From Octopus sinensis (Eukaryota), in the NCBI RefSeq assembly GCF_006345805.1, contig NC_043000.1:55490001-55554000 (forward strand): 64,000 nucleotides of DNA, given 5' to 3'. How positions within the stretch are numbered: position 1 is the first letter of the stretch; the number at the start of each line of letters is the position of its first letter. The notes below the pieces were generated by a model. It made no database searches. It saw nothing but the letters and a program-made list of their open reading frames with translations, and was not told the origin of the DNA. The translations under genes and the position numbers were made by a program. Of the stretch, positions 26,165-39,500 are shown one piece after another.

Positions 26165-26741
26165 TATGTAACGAAGGAGATATTAGATGTTAAAATGGAT
26201 AATATTTTTCATGTTGCTATACAATTTGTTTCATACAAAAAGACTCAGATATTCATAATAGAAAATCGTAATAGTCATATCTGAACTCGTCGGTAGTATA
26301 AAAACTAAACAAGAGACGTTAGAAATATATAGATTTTCTCTTAATTATGATATTGGATTACTGTATTCGCTCTTGCAGTCATGCCTATTTAAAACAACAC
26401 TAAAAAATATGTAAGTGGGTGCTAGTTTACGTAATATTAAAAATAGAGAATGCCAGTTTTCTTTTTGATATTGCATATACTAGCATCCACTTATATACTT
26501 TTTAGTCTTGTTTTAAACAGGCATGACTGCAAGAACGAACATATTAATCCAATATGATAAGAGAAAATCTATGTACTTATAAAGGGTTTTTTAGCTTTTA
26601 TACCAGCTACCGACGAATACAGATATGACTATTACTAGTTTCTATTAAGTATATGAGTCTTTTTGTATGAAACAAAGTGTATAGCAACATGAAAAATAAA
26701 GAATATAATCCATTTTGAAATTTTATCTCCTCCATTATGTA
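26165..26741. mobile_element. ~575-bp foldback / MITE-like palindrome
   Basis: Arms pair along almost the whole length (TAATAGTCATATCTG/CAGATATGACTATTA, TTGCAGTCATGCCT/AGGCATGACTGCAA, GTTTCATACAAAAAGACTCA/TGAGTCTTTTTGTATGAAAC); loop near 26444-26461. Confidence 0.85.
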
Positions 26742-27039
26742 TATATATATATATATACATGTGTGTATATGTACAAATATACGTAAACCCACAGTTGCAC
26801 AAACAGATAACATATATGTGTGTATGCATCTGTGTATATATCTATATATGTGTGTGTGTATAAATATATTTATATATATATGTGTGTGTATATGATTATA
26901 CATGCGTATGCGTAATGTGTAATTACACATGCGTATGCGTATGTGTAAATACGTATATACAAATACATACATATACTTTTATACACACACATGCATGCAC
27001 ACGCATATACACACAGACACACACTGCTGGCACAAGTGG

Positions 27040-27900
27040 TTCAAGGACGGTAGAGAGTAGGTAAGATGACCTCATAACATTAATGCTGATAGATAACTGT
27101 CGCAATTTTTTGGATGAAGACTGACGCGTGTCTATAAGGACGAATTGCGTATAGTTTGAATTTGGTGTAGCAACCCTACACAGAATTATTCATGGAGATC
27201 TAAACATGCACCAAACTTATGCAAAGTTCGTTCCCAGGGTCTTCAGCGAAAAACAGGAGGAGTGATGCGTTGGTCACAGCAAGAAGATGGTTGATTTAAT
27301 TACATCCAATCAATGCGTTCATGAGTCTCTGATGACCTGTTATAAAGGCGCTGCATCTTTTATAATGATCTGGAGGCGAGGAGACATAATGCCCACTAGA
27401 AGCATCCTGGCACCGCCAAAACCATGGAAGCCAGGCAAATCAAGTCCACGCGGAAGATCATGATGTTCAACTTTTACGACAGCAATGTCATCATCTTCCT
27501 TCACTGCGTTCCAAATGATTGCACGGTCAGCAATGATTACTTTGCAGAGGTTTGATTGAGTTCAGGAAGAAATTTCGTTACAAAGATCCCAAACGCCTCT
27601 ATTTAAGTCGAAGGCACTTTCACTAGGACAATGTTCCCTTCCAGAATTTCACTGTAGTAACCAACTATTTCTCAGAGATGGGCAACGCACTGGCCCTCAT
27701 CCACCCTATAGTCAAGACGTCGCTCCCTGTGAGTTTTGGTTGTCCTCCAAGCTGAAGAAGAACCCCAGTGATAGTCGGTTGTAAGACACCTAGAAGAATG
27801 AGGCTGTGACGAGAGACCTGGATACAATCATGTTTGGGTACTAACATTGGAACTTTATGAAATGCTTGGAGCGCCACCACTGTACTAAGTTCCCCTTCCT
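27040..27900 (+). mobile_element. Degenerate mariner (DD34D-type) transposase
   Basis: KFVPRVFSEKQ (WVPR-like), RKIMMFNFYD (KVM..FWD-like) and HPLYSQDVAPCEFWL (YSPDLAP-like) blocks, with multiple stops and frameshifts. Confidence 0.85.
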
Positions 27901-27914
27901 AAGGTATTTTACGA

Positions 27915-27958
<44 letters not shown>

Positions 27959-27998
27959 TATGATTATTATTATGATTATTATTATTATTATTATTATT

Positions 27999-29795
27999 AT
28001 GTTTTTTCCTTCTTTCTTCAAATTTTCTTCCGTTTCTCGCCGAGTGTTTTCCATACACCTAGGGCAGAGAAGCTCATTGTATGCATTCCCAGATTACACA
28101 CCCAAATTCACAGATAAAATATGTATTTAAAAATTAATAAATAAATAAATTCATGGATGGATGTTGTTTTCACAGCGATAATGCTTTTCTCAGTACATGA
28201 GCCGTTCCAGTTAATACGATTTTTAGCACTTCCTGTAGGGATAGTAAGCCTGGAATCATTTTCAAGTAGGTTTCAGTACCTTTTTTTATCATTCCTAGAG
28301 ATCCTACAATCACTGGTACTGTAGTCACCTTGAGATGCCACATTTTTTCAATTTCTATTAGCAGGTCTTTATATTTACTAATCTTGTCACATTCTTTCGC
28401 CGCTATATTGTGATCGCAAGGGATACTTATGTCAATTAATATACACATCCCTTTTTGTCTGATCTTTTATAATAATAACCGGTTTATTAGCGTTTATAGT
28501 CTTGTCGGTCTGTACGGGGAAGTCCCATGGAATCGACACATTTTCTCCCTCAGTCACAGCTTCAGGATGGTGTTTATACCATTTGTCAGCGGTTTTGATT
28601 TTATAATACCGACATATTGTCCAACGTAAATACTGGCCGACTCTGTCATGTCTTGCTTTATATTCTGCAGGTGCTAAGACTCTACACCCTGAGATTAGGT
28701 GGTCTATTGTTTCAATCTCATCGTTACAGAATCGGCATTTAGGGTCAGCTCCATTTTTTATCACATTGGCTTGGTAGTTCCGGGTTAATAAGCTTTGGTC
28801 TTGAGCAGCTAATATGAAACCTTCACTCTCTGCTTTTAGCTCTGAGCTTCGTAACCATTGGTGCGTGTGTTTCTGGTCGACATCAGCTTGTTTGCTACGG
28901 GCCACATACTTGCCATGGAGAAGTTTCTGTTCCTATCTGCTAGCTAAATTTTCATGTGCTTTTGTCTTCGCAATTAATTTTCTTTTCTTTGCCGTTGCTG
29001 TTGGCGCATTTCCTTCAGCCTGATCAATTTGGAGGGGATCTAAGAGATCAGCGGCGAATTTTTTGCTCTCTTTGAGAATAGAGTGAAGTTTTTTCGGTTT
29101 TTCATGTTTTTCAACAACTTTTAGCATCCAATCGTTGGTTACTTCAAGGTATTTGGCCAGTCCGATTGTGGTGGCTTTGTATGTAAGTTCAAGCTGGATC
29201 AAACCTCCACCTCCCTGAGCTCTGGGAAGGTAAAGGTGATCCATGTCTGCCTTTGGATGGTGCATCTTATTACAAGTCAGTAGCTTGCGGATGTTTTTGT
29301 CAATTTTCGTTATTTCACTGGTATTCCAGTTAAGCACATAGAAGCTATAAAGTACAACTGGTACTGCTAAGGAATTTATGGATAACACCTTATTATATGC
29401 ATTCAGCTCAGACTTCAGGACTGCTCGAACTCTTCTGTGACATTCCTACCTAACCTGCTCTTTCTTGCTTGCATGCTGGATACCAGAGCCTTCATTTATT
29501 CCTAGGTATTTATAGGTTTGTTCCTGCTCATGTTCCTTTATTACTGTTTCGAGATCTAATTCGATTGAACTAGACTTTACCAATTTCCCTTTCTTAAAAG
29601 TGGCTTTCGCACACTTTTCAAGGCCAAACTCCATCCCGATATCATCATTGAATCCTTTCACGGTATGTAATAATCCTTCAAGCTCTTCATCATTTTTGCC
29701 AAATAGCTTTAAATTATCCATATAAAATAGATGGCTTATTTTCCTGTTTATAGTTTTAAATCATCCATATAAAATAGATAGCTTATTTTCCTGTT
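27999..29795 (-). mobile_element. R4/Dong LINE, 5'-truncated at the RT catalytic motif
   Basis: LFYMD(D/N)LKL, thumb (INSLAVPVVLYSF...LYLPRAQGGGGL), CCHC knuckle CRFCNDEIETIDHLISGC, RLE block NKPVIIIKD...IDISIP, KALSL*, 3' UTR; (AAT)n at both ends. Confidence 0.92.
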
Positions 29796-29814
29796 ATTAT
29801 TATTATTATTATTA

Positions 29815-29864
<50 letters not shown>

Positions 29865-29871
<7 letters not shown>

Positions 29872-30022
29872 CCACTACCTGTAATCGAACTCCGAATTTT
29901 AGAATTAGTAACCCGCGCCCTTAACCACTACAGCATATGTCCACTGACATATGGCGTAGTCGTTAAGAGCGCGAGCTACTAACTCAAAGATCCCGAGTTC
30001 GACTCCAAGCAGTGACCTGAAT
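29865..30022. mobile_element. Head-to-head pair of tRNA-like SINE heads (29865-29940 minus; 29947-30022 plus)
   Basis: Each has an A-box-like TGGCGTAGTCGTT/TGCTGTAGTGGTT, a CTACTAA-like loop, a B-box GAGTTCGA and ends GT(G/A)(A/G)CCTGAAT; 6-nt spacer CCACTG. Confidence 0.75.
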
Positions 30023-30039
30023 CATCCTCAAATCGTGTA

Positions 30040-31360
30040 AGCGTGTCCTGGCGAAACCACTACAGATTCTCTTCCAAAGCTCTCTTGCATGGCAGGCTAT
30101 CAAGCAAACTGAAGGAGAGAATAATATGCCCAATCCATAAAGGAAGAATCAGAGCAGATGCCAAAAACTATAGGCTTATCTCTCTGACTTCACACATCAG
30201 CAAAGTCAGGTAACTGATAGTCAGAGGGATACTAATCGCATTCCTTGAAGAAAACGACTTGCTGAGTGATGCCCAGCATGGCTTTCGACCAGGTAGAAGC
30301 TGCCTGACCCAGCTTTTACGGCACTATGACTAGGTGTTCAGGCAGTTACTCAACAATTCGAATGTGGACGTAATATACCTTGGCTTTGCAAAATATTTTG
30401 ATAATGTTGATGATGGCATGATATGCCACAAACTGCGTGAACTCGGCATAGCTGTAAAACTTGGAGAGCGGTTACATGATTTTCTGAAAGATAGATGTCA
30501 GGCAGTAGTGGTCAATGGAGCCACCTCAATGAAAACACAAATACTGAGCGTTATTCCACATTACAATGCCTTGGGCCCACTACTTTTCCTAGTGGCCCTC
30601 TCAGATATGCCCTCAGCTGCTCGGATAGCAACCCTTCCTAGCTACGCAAACGATACGACACTCTTTCCCAAAATAGAGAACCCCAGCGATGTTGCATACC
30701 TGCAGTAGGTGTTGGACTCAATTTACAGATGGGCTGAGGACAATAGCATCCAGTTTAATGCGGAAAATTCCAAGCCCAGTGCTGCCAGTGTCCAAAACTG
30801 AATACTAAACATATAGGGTACACTGGTCCACAAGGGTTACAATGCCAGAGCCTAAAAGAGTGAGGGTCCTGGGTATCGACAATAGTGATGATACCTCTTT
30901 CCAAGTGCACATTACCAGCTAAGACTCTATTCACTGGAGCGAAGGCAGGAGAGGTTTGCAGTACTATACATTTGGAAGATACTGGGAGGAATTTGCCAAA
31001 TTTAGACATTGAAAGCTACACAAATGCCAGAATGGGTCGACACTGCACAATGCCAAAGATTCTAGCAATGCCATCGCGCCGCAGAACCAGTTACTGCAAC
31101 ACCCTGAGTTTCAGGGGATCACAGATTTTTGATATTCTCCAAGACAGCCTGAGCGACCTACACAAGGTAGTTTTAAGTGTTTTCAAATCAAAACTGGACC
31201 TCTTGATGTCAAAAATCCCAGATGAACCTACCATGCGGTAAGAGGGCAAATGATGGTAGCGACATCAAACTCCCTTATTCACCAAATACCATATATTAGA
31301 GGAGGTTTTCAATAATAACATTATAGCAAAACGGAGGTGCCCCAGCATGGCCAGAGCTCT
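30040..31360 (+). mobile_element. CR1/L2-like LINE 3' fragment (RT), degenerate
   Basis: PIHKGR...NYRLISLTSHISKV, QHGFRPGRSCLTQLL, DVIYLGFAKYFDNVD, YANDT (YADD-like), SKLDLLMSKIPDEP; 3' tail GTGCCCCAGCATGGCC. Confidence 0.88.
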
Positions 31361-31424
31361 GATCCGATACTAAAAAAATTATATATGTATATATATATAT
31401 ATACTACGAACGATCCGTCAGTTA

Positions 31425-31712
31425 CTACGACGAAGGTCCCAGCTGATGCGATTAACGGAACAGCTTGCTCGTGCAAGTGGCTGAGCACTCCGCAGACACG
31501 TATTCCCTTAACGTAATTCTCAGGGAGATTCATTTAGCGTGACACAGAGTGTGACAAAGCTGCCCCTTTGAAAAACAGGTACCACTCACTGTTGCCAGCT
31601 GAGTGGATTGGAGCATGAAATAAAGTGTCTTGCTCAAGGACACAACGCATCGCCGGGAGTTGAACTCACGATCTTGAGCCTAATGCCCTAACCACTAAGC
31701 TACGTGCCTTCA
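31425..31712 (-). mobile_element. tRNA-derived SINE family C
   Basis: GGCACGTAGCTTAGTGGTTAGGGCATT (A box), GAGTTCAACTCC (B box), then a CORE-like TTGTGTCCTTGAGCAAGACACTT. Confidence 0.8.
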
Positions 31713-33836
31713 CATTATATATATATATATATATTCTACAAGTATCTGTGTATATGTTTTTGTAAGCATGAATTTTTGTAAGTATGAATTCTTTGACCTG
31801 ATACCTATGAGGGGCTTATTGGTTTTACTGGCTACTTTTTTTAACACTGATATCTTCATATACAATAATCTTCACAAAGTAAGCCTCTGAGGAGAATGAC
31901 AATCTAAATACCAAATAGACGATTTGTTATCTAGTAACTGCTAGCTAATTTGCCTGTTATATACGACTTACTGTTTATAGGTGAATTGTGCCTATTTCAG
32001 TGTGGTGGTTTCACCGGCTCTTCGTGGACATTTAATCACGTGATACTATTATACTTCGAGTTTTTGTATGTTTGTTTTGTTTCCTCTTGCGCCAGCATCT
32101 GTATCGTGATGCCAACAACCATTTTCCAAACTTAAAAAATACGCTTATAAATGCACATTGTTATTACAAGATAATACGTAGTTTTGCACTTATATTTAAG
32201 TATCAACTCTTTTATTTTCATTTTATGGACGTCTGTCTCTAATCTTGTAGGTATCTTTCAATAATTACAGACACGTTCATCCCTACGTCGGAATTCTGTT
32301 ATTCATATTATGTTTCGGGCAATTATGTGTTCGTGATGATGACAGGAAACTCAGATGTGGCCTAGATACTCATAACTGTAAATTACTGTTACAAATGAGA
32401 ACAAAAATGCACTGCTCCTTAGTGCACTAGTTTACGTAATAATTGAATTGTTACTGCATGGCTAGATTGTAATTGCTATCGACCACTAATTTTATTACTT
32501 AAGATACAAGCGTAATTTGTACTGTCAGTCGCACAATCACACAGCCGTTTGATTGTGAAATGAAGTTAGAAAAGGATTATCGAAACTTCCTAGGTTTTGT
32601 AGAACGTTCGAAATTAAAATATTTAGAATATTTAAGTGTTTTCTTTGAAGAATTATCTGAAAGACCGCCTAAGTGTTCAATCAAACGTTCATTGTACAAC
32701 TAAAGCATGAAAGAAGATAAAACATTTAGATTACTTAAAAGGCATGATCCCTTTCTTTGTAATCTATGCCAACTCTACATCCCCAAATGTATAAGAGCCG
32801 GGATATAACATATTTTCCTGAAATATTTTACCGATAATTATATTAAAAACATAAACGAAATTGATGGAATTCAATCGACGGAAATCAATTACACGACGGA
32901 AATCAAAATCTGCCCCTTTAAGATTTTTACCAATATATAAATTTGTTGTTTTTTGCATAAAATTCAGTAGCATATAGTAGTTTCAACTGCAATTAGTACA
33001 TTGTGGATATTTATTTCATTGCCTAACGACAAAAGTAAGACAGGTAATATCCATCTGACTATAATTGAAATCGGAATATAGAGATGAGGATATAAATAAT
33101 GGAAAGCGTTATAGTTGATCATACTGCTATTTTTGATAAGCCGCTGTCTTTACATGAAATACTTATATTAAACTATCGATTTTATCGTAGATTTTAATAG
33201 TTTATCATTAATCATTGAATATTGAATATTTTGAGATTTAGAAACTATTAAATTAATTACTTGATTGTAGATGATAACATAATTTAATGATTGAAACTAA
33301 TGTACATTGATTTATTTTAGCATTTCGCAGTCAATCCCAGGTATATTCTATCTTTCCAGTTCGTTATCACTCACTCATCACTACATCTTTGTTATATCGT
33401 TACTAATCTAAAACTTACACCCACTGACTGCTACGTTGTTTATTTTATGCATCAATTGCGTTTTAAAATTATATTTATTTGCAGATGATCTGCTGGAGCA
33501 GAAAATTATCAGAGTGTGTATGCCATCGACAAAATGAAATGCAGTATTTAGTTATGGTATTTTACAAAATGAATTCAATGTCCACTAAAGTCTAATTTAC
33601 TTTTCATCCTCTCAGAATTGAAATAAAGCACCAACAAGTACTGTAGTCGGAGTAATCGTCTATAAACCTAACCGCCGTGTGAAATCTTGTACTCATATGT
33701 AAGTACATACTATTTCTGCAGAGGGGTAGTTTTTTTACATGCTTCAAGCTACGTGTATGATGGTGACAATTATTTTAGATCAGAAACAGTAGGTGGAAGT
33801 TGACGGCTTAAGTATGCTCTAAAAACTAATTTGCGC

Positions 33837-33910
<74 letters not shown>

Positions 33911-34007
33911 GTATGTATGTATGTATTTATGTATGCACGTATGCATGTAATGCCAAAACCAATATGATTACTCTTCTTTTTGAAAATGATAGGTGTTAAT
34001 CATGAGC

Positions 34008-34400
34008 GCAGGCGTGGGTGTGTGGTAAGAAGCTTACTTCCCAACGACATGGTCCAGGATTCAGTAGCACTCCGTGGAATGCTGGTTAAGTGTCTTTTAT
34101 GTAGCCTCGGGCCAATCAAGGGAATTTGGTAGATGGATACTGAAAGAAGCTCCTAGTGTGTGTGCCGTGTGTGTATGTGTTCGTGTGAGTGTGTGTTTTT
34201 CTTTTGTTTGTTCCCCATCACCACTTCTCAACTGGTGTTGGTGTGTTTACACTCCCATTACTAAGAGTTTCAGCAAAAGAGTTCGCTAAAATAAATACCA
34301 AGCTATAAAATGATGCACTGCTTCGATTCATTCCATTAAAAGTTTTTTCAAAGTGATGCCCCAGCATGGCTGCAGTCTAATGAATGAAACAAGCAAGAGG
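34008..34400 (+). mobile_element. tRNA-derived SINE family B, near full length
   Basis: GCAGGCGTGGGTGTGTGGTAAGAAGCTT head, internal (GT)n, tail GTGATGCCCCAGCATGGCTGCAG...TGAAAC. Confidence 0.75.
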
Positions 34401-36451
34401 AAATTAAAGCAAAGTATACCAAATATACTAGTATTCGAGGTATTGACTCTGTACTTGGAACTATAGAATCACATTAGTAGTTATAGTATATATCTGTTTT
34501 AATTTACTTAATATAATATCCGGTATGAAACCATTAGAGTAAATTATTACATCCACGAGTCATTTTCAATTGACCGTGAAAAGCACAAAAATAATTGAAA
34601 GATAGAACATAACAGAAAATTCAATTGTCTTTGTTTTTATTTCAGTACATAAGAATAATATGATTTCATTTTCTTGTTTTGAAATATTCTCTACATTTCT
34701 ATTCTATTGTTTCCAATTTTAGTGCATAGAAAGATATGATTAATATTTCTTGTATTGTCAGAAAATCATTGTATATCTTTATTCATATTTACGACATGCA
34801 TTTATATACAGAGAACGATTTTATTTCAATGATAAAAGTTATTTTGCTAAGAATTGCTGCCTGTAATTATATACACTATATGTCAGTTAAGGCACTTATT
34901 TCTTTGCATATTTTAAATTTAGAAAATAATTGTTTACATACATAATTCCTTTAACAGCAACATTTTGTTAATTCCATAACCACAAAGATACCTATGAAAT
35001 TTAGTCTCTTTGTATTGACGTTTGGTTTTAGACTCAATAAAATTACTCACATTCGTCAAATAACGTGAAATACTGAAATACTCTGTTGGTATTCAAACAC
35101 TATTTTTATTGAGTTCAGCTGAACCAACTTTTGAGGGCAATACTCGAATCATAGGGAGTTATGAGGGTTAATAATATTTGCTTGCATATTTCATAAGCAA
35201 TATTTTGCTTACATCTAGTTAGTATTATATATCAATGGCATTTGTTTTCCAAAATCAAAATTTAATGAGACAAATTTTGCTTGTGATTATATGGAAAACA
35301 GCAAGTACTTAACTCTCAAGAGACTCAGTTTACTAAAATATGCATAGTGAAGACAATCTTAAAACACTCAATGGGTGATCAGGATAACTTTAGTTGATCG
35401 AGAATATACTAGTCAAAGAAAGGAAACTATTTAAACCTAGGTGTAAGTGGTTTACTGTTTTCGTTTATGAACATCGCTGATCAGACAGAACTAAGATCAA
35501 ATATATTCCAGCTTTGATATAATGACATCTACCAATAAAACTTTATTATACAATGTCACTTATTTTAATAATCGAACGTGTGATGCTATATATATCAGGC
35601 TGTTTCTAGCAGTTGATGCGAAATAGATAGATTTGAACGGTTAACACGGAGCAAGACTACAGTAAGAACATGTTTAATTTATATTCATACAGCTTTGTAC
35701 GTATTTCGCAGAAATATATTCAATTTATGTAATCATTGGAGAGAAATATATTCATCTGCGACTTTTTTCCTCTGAGTATGCAACATAAAGACGAAATACT
35801 AATGTGATATATTAAAACCTATTCTCATAACAACCAATATCTCGTAAATGTGTTATTGTTGTTTTTGTAACAAATATAGAACCAGACAATTCTCTCCACC
35901 AAAGATTTATATCCTTTTTATGATAAGTAAGTACGACTACTAACCCACCAGTCAGCTGATATCGTAATTAAATCTTGATTACCAATTGAATCTGTTCCCA
36001 TTCAATTACGCTAGAGAAAATCATGAGAATCACAATGTATCATTCTATAGCATGTCAGAATAACTCAATATGCACTCTGAGAACTTACCGGCTAGGAAAC
36101 AAGACTCAACTTTCTTCATGTCAATACTCATATGAACACGCATTAATTCTTTCCAAAACTGGATTCCTAGGCATGTGCGAAGATGTTTCTAATAATGAAC
36201 CAAGTGTGGCCTGATAATTTCGACGAATAGCTTTGTCAATCGAATTTTCTTATTTATTCTGACGTAACAAAGCATTACGACTTCTGAAAGCATTTACAAA
36301 TATCAGTTATCAACGAAACTATATGCCTGCCTTTGGTTCCTGTTTGGAAATGTAATTGCGGGCAGAAGATTAATAAGATAATACCAAATACAAGCATAGC
36401 GCACGCATGGATATGGTAATATATTCCGACTTATATACAGTTATTTATGCA

Positions 36452-36513
<62 letters not shown>

Positions 36514-36556
36514 TACAGATACGTATGAGATATGGTTCCTTATAGGCGACACCATT

Positions 36557-36594
<38 letters not shown>

Positions 36595-39500
36595 CATACA
36601 TACATGTATATATACATACACATGCACACACACATATATATATACTTATATATGTATGCTTATTTGTTTGTCTATGTATAAATCCAATATGAGCAGTCAA
36701 AAATAGAAAGGAATGAAAGGTACCGTCCGTTACAAAATACATGTCACGTAGATTAATATTAAGGCATTTTGTACGTAAGATATATTATTCACATGCATGC
36801 ACAAACACACACACACACTTGGATATGGAGCTGGGTCGTGTTCGTTCACAATGCGCAAAAGTTAAAAGATGCGCATTCATTCACTGCGGAGCAATCTGAA
36901 TCATACAAGCACGGTATTTATATTGGAAACCATAGTCCTTGTAAAAAGCATTTATGCAAGAAAATGTCAGTCTTGAGAAACAGACATTGCAGCCAAAATA
37001 AATAGAAAGGAAATTGAAAATGTGCAATAACTGCGCTATTGTTATTTCAGTTCTAAATGAAATAATATAATTGCTGTTATTTTGTTTTGTAGCATGTGTC
37101 TTTTGTCTGCTGTTTTTTGTTTATTTTTAGTATTTTTTGCGTGGTGGAGGTACTTTATTTTGTTTTATGTCTTTTATTTCGTTTTTCTTTCGTTGCAGAA
37201 ATCTAGCTCTGCAATCCTTTCCTCTTTTAATAAAACCATAGAAGAATAACAAATAATTCGACCGTCTACATCTTGGAATGGTTCAACCACATACACGATC
37301 TTTGTTTCCTTAGAATGCGGAATTCTTTTCAGATAGCTAACCTGTGTCTTTTAATAAAAAGGAGACAGCTTTTCAGCTTTTCTCAGGAATCTTTTGCAAA
37401 GGAATTGAATTACTGATGGGTGAAGTCTGCGATTTCAAAGAAAATACTTTTATTAACATATTGTCGATAAGATCGTAAAATAATTCCATAGGAAAATTCA
37501 AGTCACCGTAGTCAAGAGAAATACAATTAGGAAAATGCACACATAATATACGACACAGGTTAAATGTACATATTAGCATCTGTGTATAATTATTGAAAAA
37601 ATGCCATTTTCACACATATATACATATGTATATTCATTTATTTAAACATATACACATCCTTTTAAATTTATACACGCATATATCTACCACCATATTTCGC
37701 GACCAATTCTAAGTAGCGATTCAGGTGACCACCTTAAAGCAGAATCTAACGTATTAAAAATAAATATCCCATTTGATATAGTAATCCTAAATATACAAGC
37801 CTTATGAGTTTATGATGTCCGGACTGCCTTAGTTTTGCTTATATAAATTTTCTAATTTTCTCAAAAGTATATTGCAGAAGTATGTTTTTTAAAGTCTTCT
37901 TTTGCAATATAATTGTCTACTATGCGTTATAGATTCTTTATAACAACTAACTACAGTTATACATACAACATTGCAACTTTTATCAATTGTAGAACATCTC
38001 AACCATATATAAATCCATCCGGATGCAGAAATATAAACGTGTCTGCAATTCCATACCTTATTTCTATCACCATTTTGTTAGCTTAATGGTACTAAGAAAA
38101 TTAATTTACTGTATTTTTATCTAAGTACTTTACAATTTCTAAGGTCTGCTCTTCAACTTGTATTTTTCTACAATCAATATAGTAGTATAAATTCAATCTA
38201 TTGATTTCATACATGGCACACGTCTAGTTTCGATAAAGGGAAAGGAATTGTGGTATATTAATTTTACATATTTACTCGTCTCCTGAAAAAAAATCAAAAC
38301 CAATTAGTAACAGCACAATTCTAACCAAAATACCCTATCACTCGATTGCAAGAGAACGTTAACGGAAATAATGCTTTAAGCAATATATCTATATTCCAGA
38401 AATATATTAAAATCAATAACAAAGCCATCTCGAGCGGTGAATAGTTTCAATAAAACTACTGGTAGAAGAAGTGGGTAAGAATAAAACAATAACTGCAACA
38501 GTAAAAGCCATAACAATCTCTACGTGTAAACCGACAGAAGATGAGTGATTCCTTATAAGTATGATCGAAAACCGTTGCCTATACAATTTTCTGAATTTAT
38601 GCACAATGACACTCGGTTTGCTTAGAGGCAACATATGAGAAATTGAATTTGATTACATACCTTTTAGTAGTAATAGCTGTATGAATGATGTGTAGGCTAC
38701 TCTGCAATTGTTTCGTGTGTTCACATCTCACTACTGACGCTCTACTTTGTAACTAAATATTGGGAGTTTCATAGCAATGATTGCTGTAACCTATCGTCAA
38801 AGAATCGGTATTTGATTTGACACTAAAGTAAACAATATTGAAGGACAGTACTAAAACCACCAATTTAGTAGAAACTCCCTCCCAAATGAAATGTTATTGT
38901 TTGTTATGAGAAATAAATTATGTACTAATCTGGAAGGCTATGTATTTCTCTGCATTTTGCATTCCTAGAAAGTGGATGCAAATAATGTGCCAGAATCCTG
39001 CAAACAGATATACTTCATACATTTCAAACATCTAACATATCTCACAATATATAATCATTGGATCTATCAATTAAATTTCCAGAATATTTTTACCTTGTAT
39101 CCTAAATAATATTGCAGGGCTTCTAAAATATGTTTATGAAATATTTGGTGATAGAACGTACGTAAATTTAGTATATCTAAAAGTATAAAATACTACCAAT
39201 GTTACTAAAGGAAATATTTCAATTCACCTGATTCGAGAACAGTTTTGACAAATATATCACTTTCAATAGCATTGAATATAACATAGTTATATTGACTGGA
39301 AGTATATAAATAACTTCGTTGCTAAAAAGATATGAGAAAGTTGTTCTTCAAATATGAATCTACTTATAAATGCTATTATTTAATAAATTCAGACTTTATT
39401 CTAATATTAAGGCTACACAAATAATCATTTAATTTTGTGTTACCTCCTCTGTTTCTATATGTGGCGAAAAGAGTTCAAATACAAAAGTTGTAAACTGCAG

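Noticed and set aside
29865-30022. Functional tRNA genes
   Set aside because: Acceptor stems are not complementary, the two copies are diverged, and one runs into an AAT tail; SINE heads fit better.
33300-35940. Series of short AG...GT-bounded segments as exons
   Set aside because: Phases are inconsistent or joins create stop codons; such signals are expected by chance in AT-rich DNA.
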